NCBI RefSeq assembly: GCF_004010195.1
Contig: NC_057718.1
Span: forward strand, 22,295,111 to 22,355,286
Length of the DNA stretch: 60,176 bases
Source: Chiloscyllium plagiosum
Lineage: Eukaryota
Reading direction: 5' to 3'
The number at the start of each line of letters is the position of its first letter. The stretch's first letter is position 1. The notes below the pieces were generated by a model. It ran no database searches. It was not told the origin of the DNA and worked only from the letters and a program-made list of their open reading frames with translations. This document shows, one piece after another, positions 52,809 to 60,176 of this stretch. A program made the position numbers and the translations under genes.

Positions 52809-54270
52809 TGAGTAAAGGTGTGAAGTCTGCAGGCCATATTGGGGTATCATTATCAACACTTGAACCAAATTAAATGCATTTGAAATTTTCAGTGTTTTTC
52901 ATATATTTCATTCTCAGGATCTTGGTATCACTGGAAAAGCCAGCAATTACTATCCTCAGTCCCCTTAGAATGACTTGGTGGGCAATTCAGGGGGCAGTTA
53001 AGAATTATTGTATTGGTGTGACAATAATGAGAGGTTTTCTTCTGGAGAATATATGTTAGCAGCTGTATTTGTACTACAGTCAAACAGCTTCATGATGCCC
53101 AATTTTTTGTTCCATATCTTTTACTTGACACTGGACTTAAATTCTCAAACTACCATGATAGGATTTGAACTGTCATTCTGTGAGCATTTTTAGTTTTTGG
53201 ATTTCTAGCCCAGTAATGTAAGCACTATCACTGTTGGCAAGGATATCATCATCTTTTGAATCTACTGAAACAAGAACAGCTACATCTCTTATAATTACGC
53301 AAGCTCAGGAGGTGCTTATAGCTGCTGTTAATTACTTGGAATGCTTGTTCAGCCAAATACAGCTTTCACAGCCAGTGAAATAAGATTGTCTGTAACCAAA
53401 ATGTTATACGAGCAAGCGAATAGAGTGACATCTAAATTGCAAAGTGTTGCAAAGCATTTCTTGGAACAATGAATCTGAATTGACCCTTTTCTATGTGTAG
53501 ACTACAAAATAAGTTGTTTTCATCATGTACAAAATGACAGATCTCTGTGATCCATTTCTTAATCTCCTAAATGTTGTTTTCAATAATGAGATACAAACAG
53601 CAATGCACATCAGATAATAAGTTTACACAGACTTCTTTTTATCACAGCATTATCATTTATTATTTTAAGTTGTATTGGATATATAAGCTGGGAAGTATTA
53701 AGAATATAAGATCTGGAGCAGAAATAGGGCATTCAGCCTTCTCAAGCTTTCCCTGCTTTTCAACAAGATCATGACTGGTCTGCCCCAGGCCTGAACTTTT
53801 TTCATGCCAGCTCAGTATAAAGTATGGGATTTTCATTCTTGGCAATAAAGAATTTGGAGAATTGAGTTACGGAATTAGGATTTGAAATTGTAATTTGTGA
53901 AATTAATTTAAATGTGGCAATGCTTCAATTAAAATATCCTTCAAAGGAAGGTCATGGAAATCTGTCAACGCAATTACATTTCACTTCAATTTTCTGCATG
54001 TAAAAACACCAACTTGTCACTTATTAAACTGGCATTTCAATTAACCTTTTCTAATCATGATTCTGTTTTTAATATACCAAAAGTAGAAAGCAAAAAAAAT
54101 CCCAAGCGAATCCTTTACTGCTCTCCATACATTGATATACTGGGGCGATTGATGTTAGTTATATTCATAACATTTCTATCATAAACTAAATAATGTTAGT
54201 GCTATGTTCTGATGATTTCTAAAAAACAAAATACAATTAACTTCCTAAAATATTTTGTATACTTATGCAG

Positions 54271-54285
54271 AAATTCATGATGAAG
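54271..54285 (+). CDS. RYR2: Candidate RYR2 15-nt microexon 5 (KFMMK)
   Basis: AAATTCATGATGAAG directly follows an acceptor (tattttgtatacttatgcag) and encodes the RYR2-specific KFMMK in phase 0. The next bases are ATAAAC rather than a GT donor. Confidence 0.7.
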
Positions 54286-54808
54286 ATAAACAAAACAAAT
54301 ATTTCAGTGATCCCTGAACTGCTTGTACAAACTAGCCGTAGAATTCATTACGTAGCATTTGCAGCTTGTATTTTAGCACGCCTCATCTATGGTTAATGTT
54401 GGAACTTACTTTGTGAGAAGGCACCCAGGTCGCCCCATACTTCTACTTATGATTTTCAATCAGCAATCACATTTCAAATGAGTTATTTTTTATTGCTTGG
54501 ATGTATGCTCAGTATAGAAATAATGGAAGTAATGTGTAAAACAAGTTCATGGCAAAAGGGAATAGTGCAGTCGTGTAGCATGTTGGAGTTCTAACTCTGA
54601 GCGATAAGGATTGTAACTTACTCAAAACCCATTCATTTCCAGTGGCCCACTGCGTCACAAAATCCCTACTTGTTGATTTCCAGATCTCAACCCTGACCTT
54701 GGCAGACAGGCCAAAAAAAATAACAATGTCAGAACCTCCTTACTCTTTCATGACTCCTTGAAGCCTATTACAGAGTGGATCTCTTTAAAAGACCATAAAA
54801 CATAGGAG

Positions 54809-54951
54809 AAAGTGAGGGCTGCAGATGCTGGAGATCAGAGCTGAAAATGTGTTGCTGGAAAAGCGCAGCAGGTCAGGCAGCATCCAGGGAACAGGAGATG
54901 TTCCCTGGATGCTGCCTGACCTGCTGCGCTTTTCCAGCAACACATTTTCAG
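54809..54951 (-). mobile_element. PLE-derived insertion forming a perfect 54-bp hairpin
   Basis: Arms 54840-54893 and 54899-54952 are exact reverse complements (loop ggaga); 15-bp TSD cataaaacataggag (54794-54808, 54952-54966). Confidence 0.88.
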
Positions 54952-55021
54952 CATAAAACATAGGAGTAGAACAAGGCCATTTGGATCAATGAGTCTGCTC
55001 CACCATTTTATCATGGTTGAT

Positions 55022-55303
55022 CTAGATTAGATTAGATTAGATTCCCTACAGTGTGGAAATAGGCCCTTCACCCCAACCAGTCAACACTGACCCTTTGAAG
55101 AGCTACCCACCTAATACACTTAATACTATGGGCAATTTAGCATAGCCAATTCACCTGACCTGCACATCTTCGGATTGTGGGAGGAAACCCACGCAGACAC
55201 AGGGAGAATGTGCAAACTCCACACGGACAGTCGCCCGAGGCTGGAATCAAACCTGGGACCGTGGTGCTGTGAGGCAGCAGTGCTAACCACTGAGCCACCG
55301 TGC
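55022..55303 (-). mobile_element. tRNA-derived SINE (HE1-like)
   Basis: (tagat)n tail, and gcagcagtgctaaccactgagccaccgtgc as the 5' end on the minus strand. Confidence 0.9.
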
Positions 55304-58300
55304 TATCCTCAACTTCAAATTCCTGCCTTTTCACATTTGATTCCCTTACTGATTAAAAATCTCTCCATCTCAGCTTTGAAAATACTTAATGACCCAACCA
55401 TGACAGCCCTCCATGGGAAACAATTTCACCAATTCATGACCCTCTGAGAGAAGAAATTCCTCCTTATCTCTCCTTTTAAGTAGGTGGTCCCTTACTCAAA
55501 GATTATGCTTCCCACAAGGGGAAGAAACCTTTCTCTATCTACCCTACGAAGAAACCTGAGAATTTTTTCACACTCCAAAAACTCTCTGCTCATTCTTTCA
55601 AACTCCAATGAATACAGGCTTGACCTTCTCATCTTCTCCTCATATTACAATCCTTCCATACCTGGGATCAACCTAGCGAATCTTCTCTGGATGCCAGTAC
55701 ATCTTTCCCCATGTTGGAGAACCAAAGCTATTTCCAGGGATGATTTAACTAAATAAGTGTAGTTTCGGCAAGACATTTTTATATTTATACTCCTTTCCCT
55801 CCAATTATTTAAACTTAGTAATCAATCTCCCATTTGCCCTCTTGCCAACACAAGTTATTGCTTGTGATGCATTTTTAGGATGCTTTTCATGGCTTTTATG
55901 AAAAAATTGATGCTGGGAATGTTCCTGGTCTTTTTGAATAACATTACGGACTTAGTTCTGTTCAAATACAGGAAAAGGAAGTTTGTTTTAACATTCAAGC
56001 CAAAAGACTGTTTTTTTCAATAATCTTTAGTAACAGCATTTTATTGTCTTGCTACTTTATGAGCATAAACGCTTGCTTAGCAATTGAAATCTTGCCATTT
56101 CACGATGCAATATATTTGAAGGAAATTAAACTATGGGAAATGACTGAGTTAAAGTACTGCTGATGAGTACCTTTTTAGCTGTTCACTTCAAATGGAACAT
56201 TTCCATATTAAATATACAATAAATTTCACCCTGAAATTTTAAGCTTCTGTGGATGTGGTGAGGTAGCCCTTTTATCTCATATATCAGACCATTGGCTAAA
56301 AACTTCTTCAGAATCTGCATTTTTCTTGTTAGTTGCTTTTTTCTCATACCCCATGGTGAGAAAAGTAAGTCTCACCCTCACCCAACATTTCTATTTCATT
56401 GGGGTGTGATTCCAAAGAGACAGAAAAGGGATGGACAATCATTTGCAAGCAGGAAACATTTAGAAATGCAAATGATAAGGTCAGGGGTGGATCATACTTC
56501 CTGTTGAATCTGCTTCACTGTTCATAACAATAATGGTTGATATTGGGCTTCAACTCCACTTTCCACCCAGATCTTTTAATTCCCTAAGAAATTTAAAATC
56601 TGTCTGTGGCAGCCGTAATTGCATTCCATTGATGAAGTATTGTGTACTTGGTAGGTATGATGAACTGTCACTTTTAGAGTCCAATCACATAGTTATTATA
56701 TCATTGGCCATTTTGGACAGGAAATAGCTTAGTCTACCATTGTTGTCTGCAGAGTGAACACCTTCTTCATAAAGCTCCCTCTGTTAAAGACTTTGGTCCT
56801 TCTTGAAACATGATATGAGGCACTCAAAACTCTTTGGTGTAGAGAATTTCAAAGATTCACAACCCTTTGAGTCAAGTAATTTTTTCTCGCTTCAGCCAAG
56901 GGGTTGTGCCAAGACTGTGTTCAAGTCCATGTTGGCACACATGATACATGCTGGTCAATTTGCTGACATGCAGCGTTGAGAGATTGAAGTACATATGCAG
57001 TCAATTGCATTTTGTGCCTGTCTTATACATATTCATAGTGGTGAAATCAAAAATCTGACTAAAATCAAGACTTCTCTTGGACAAGACGTTTTGTGACAGA
57101 ATCAAACCAACCAATTAATTTTTTGCCATCCAGAAAATATCAACATGCTAATGATGTACTGATTGTAACTAATGTGTGTTCGTATTATCTTATATACTAT
57201 TCAGCATTAAAAATCCCATAAAGTAGTGTTGTAATCAATAAAATGTTATTTAGTCAAGTATATCTTTAACTTTGTTCTATTCTGCCTAGTTTAGAAATCT
57301 AGCAACATGTAATTCTTGTAGATGAGAGCACATAATAAATACAGTGCAAATATCCAACCTAACTATGAGTTTGATTACCATTCCATCATTAATATGAACT
57401 CTAATTGAACATGAGTGCTGTAGCAGGCGATTTCCTAATTGAATGCATGGCAAGATGGAACTATTATAAAAGTTCAGTGCTAAATGTGTATCTGTACAAA
57501 AGAAGTTGTGCAGCAGTGATTTTTTATAAACTGCAGGTAGCTCCCTTATGTTGTCTTCTACCAGAAATATCATGAAAGCAGCACGTCACAAAAAGTCAGA
57601 ATTTGTTGTATGAAAATCAGTTAATTGGGTTTGAGAAGAAATGAACTAATTTTTGCAGAGTCATATCATGAACATCAAACTTTGCTCTTTCACAATTCAT
57701 GTACAGGAATCCATTTAATGAAGATTTTAGCTGTTTTAGATCTGGCATTATATGTGTGAATTTGATGTATGCTAGGTTGAAGTTTGGCATGCATCACCAC
57801 ATATTGGATATTTTTAGATTAGACATGCTTCCAAATAATAATTTTGTATATTTTATTCTTAGATTGAAATATGAACATTGTACTTTCCCCGAGGTAGGTC
57901 ACCTTTTCACCAATTAGATTTCTGTAAACATTGATGGGAGTGTGACGCAGTCTCAAGAGAAATGGCACAAACAGCAGCAAGTGGCCATTCACGTTGCTGC
58001 TCAGGTGTTTTGTTGACCTCCTGCCCCAGTTACTGGAGAAGAGTGGGAGTCACTCTAGTTTGTTCTCAAACTATTTTAATTTATTATTCTATTCTTGTGG
58101 AAGAATAGAAGGCAACATTTGTGCTTCTGCAGGGCCAGAAATTACACCAAAGCACATTTACCTGATTATGTCACCTGCCCTTAATTACAGGACTTTCACT
58201 TTTCTCTCTGTCCTTAAAAATGTGAGTTTATATAGGAAACTGACACCACCTATCATGATTACACCATGTGAAAGCATGATATCAGTCTGAGAGACCTGGG

Positions 58301-58371
58301 AGACGTCTAGCATGAGCAGTGGATAGAAGTGCTATGCAACCTGCATATAGTTTGCCGTAATGCAGTAAACT

Positions 58372-58677
58372 TTAGATTAGATTACTTACAGTGTGGAAAC
58401 AGGCCCTTCGGCCCAACAAGTCCACGCTGACACGCCGAAGAGCAACCCACCCTGACCCATTCCCCTACCCCTAACACTATGGGCAATTCATCATGGCCAA
58501 TTCACCTAACCTGCACATTTTTGGACAATGGGAGAAAACCAGAGCTCCCGGAGGAAGCCCAAGCAGACACAGCGAGAATGTGCAAACTCCACACAGAGAG
58601 TCGCCTGAGGCAGGAATTGAACCCAGGTCTCTGGGACTGTGAGGCAGCAGTGCTAATCACTGTGCCACTGTGCCACC
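58372..58677 (-). mobile_element. tRNA-derived SINE (HE1-like)
   Basis: Closely similar to 51778-52085; B box reverse complement ggaattgaacc. Confidence 0.92.
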
Positions 58678-59557
58678 CACATACAGAATATGTTTTACTC
58701 TGCCCAATTATTGTGGTCTCCAGTAGTTTCAAAGCGGTGCATTGCCCATATCCCAACAAACAGCAACTATGAGCAGCAGTAAAAGGTGCAGTTTTCGAAC
58801 ATCCAGGCATTAGCACAGAAGTGCTTCATTAAAAGGCACAGCACAACAAAAAGAGCAGTGACGAATTATGTCCCTATGCAGGTTATAATTTCTTTCCTCC
58901 TTTCATACTCAGGAAGCCTTCCCCCCATTATTGAATTGTGATTACAATGGAGACTATGCTGTTTCAGGAGAATTGCTGAGCTATAACCTGAAGACCACAC
59001 CCATGAATTTCCCACTGTGGAATTCCGCTTTATATGCTGGAGGGAAAGGATTAGCTGACAGCTTTTTCAACCCTGAAAAAAAAACTTGCAGTACTGAGGA
59101 AAACCTAATCACCATGGAATGACTCATTCTGCAGGATCTGTTGTTGGAAGAAAAACTTGCAAGATCTTTCCCTGGAGCTCTGTCAGACGAGGCTGCACTT
59201 CAATGATGAATTACATAGAATGTATCACAGAGAAATTGTCTTAAGTGCCCACCCAGTCCATACTGGTGTTTATGCACACTTGGGCATTCTTCATCCAAGC
59301 CTATCAGCATATCTTTTTATTACTTTATTATCTTTGTGTAGCATACCCGTGAGTCCATCTTTTACAGGAGCTCTGTTTGCAGTGGGTTTCAGATTTGCAA
59401 GTCTGCAGCACCGTCAGTTTTATTATGTACAAATAATGCCAATGGCACTCAAACTCCATGCTCATTCCAGTGAAGCCCCATGTAGGGGCTTTTGTTACAT
59501 CAGCCAATTGGCATGTCACCATTGTCCTGTTAAGCACGGCAGCTCAACTTATAGAGA

Positions 59558-60176
59558 TTAGAGCCATAAGGTAGAGAAATGTACAGCATGGAAACAGATC
59601 CTTCAGTCCAACCCATGCCGACCAGATATCCCAACCTAATCTAGTCCCATTTGCCAATTTCCCTCTAAACACTTCCTACTCATATACCCATCCATATGCC
59701 TTTTAAATGCTGCAATTGTACCAGCCTCCACCACTTCCTCTGGCAGCTCATTCATTACACGCACCACCCTCTCGAGAAAATGTTGCTTGTTAGATCCCTT
59801 TTATATTTTTCTCCTCTCACCCTAAACCAATGCCCTCTAGTTCTTGACTCCCCCACCCCACAGAAAAGACCTTGTCTATTTACCCTATCCATGCCCATCA
59901 TGACCTCTATAAGGTCACCCCTCAGCCTCCGACACTCCAGGGAAAACAGCCCCAGCCTGTTCAGCCTCTCCCTATCGTTCAGATCTTCCAACCCTGGCAA
60001 CATCCTTGTAAATCTTTTCTGAAACCTTTCAAGTTTCACAACATCTTTCCGATAGGAAGGAGACCAGAATTGCACACAATATTCCAACAGTGGCCTAACC
60101 AATGTCCTGTACAGCCACAACATGACCTCTCAACTCCTGTACTCAATACTCTGACCAATAAAAGAAAGCATACAAA
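59558..60176 (-). mobile_element. CR1 LINE 3' end, continuing past the window edge
   Basis: Minus-strand LYRTLVRPLLEYCVQFWSPSYRKDVVKLERFQKRFTRMLPGL followed by the 3' UTR. Confidence 0.92.

Larger units (their letters stand above)
1..60176 (+). other. RYR2: Internal portion of ryanodine receptor 2 gene (intron 2 to intron 5 by mammalian numbering)
   Basis: Exon 3 and candidate microexons 4 and 5 occur in the correct order on the + strand. Exon 2 (DDEVVLQC...) and exon 6 (TAQGGGHRTLL...) were not seen, so both ends of the window are inferred to be intronic. Confidence 0.85.

Noticed and set aside
54286..54293. U12-type AT-AC intron after exon 5
   Set aside because: ATAAACAA does not match the highly conserved ATATCCTT 5' consensus.
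1..60176. CRISPR arrays, operons or other prokaryotic systems
   Set aside because: The sequence is vertebrate intronic DNA; the repeats are dispersed retroelements, not regularly spaced arrays.

Overview
Eukaryotic, repeat-rich vertebrate DNA; the HE1-type SINEs and CR1/HER1-type LINEs point to a shark or other elasmobranch (inference). The window lies inside the 5' part of a ryanodine receptor 2 gene (RYR2, + strand). Exon 3 is clear at 17347-17451 ([35 protein letters not shown]) and ends in a non-canonical GC donor. Two downstream microexon candidates match mammalian RYR2 exons 4 and 5 as I recall them (QVDVEKW, KFMMK). Each carries an A where the expected sequence has G: 49451-49471 ends in TAG instead of TGG(Trp), and 54271-54285 (exact KFMMK) is followed by AT instead of a GT donor. 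This could be decay, poison-exon regulation, sequence error, or A-to-I editing-dependent microexons (speculative). The introns hold decayed CR1 and RTE LINEs, six tRNA-derived SINEs and more than a dozen short Penelope-like-element (PLE) terminal fragments. Several of these carry minimal hammerhead ribozyme motifs, and many are inserted as fold-back hairpins with 13-18 bp target-site duplications (TSDs). Two local templated insertions into LINEs are also visible. Repeat boundaries are approximate and family names come from motif recognition, not from database searches.
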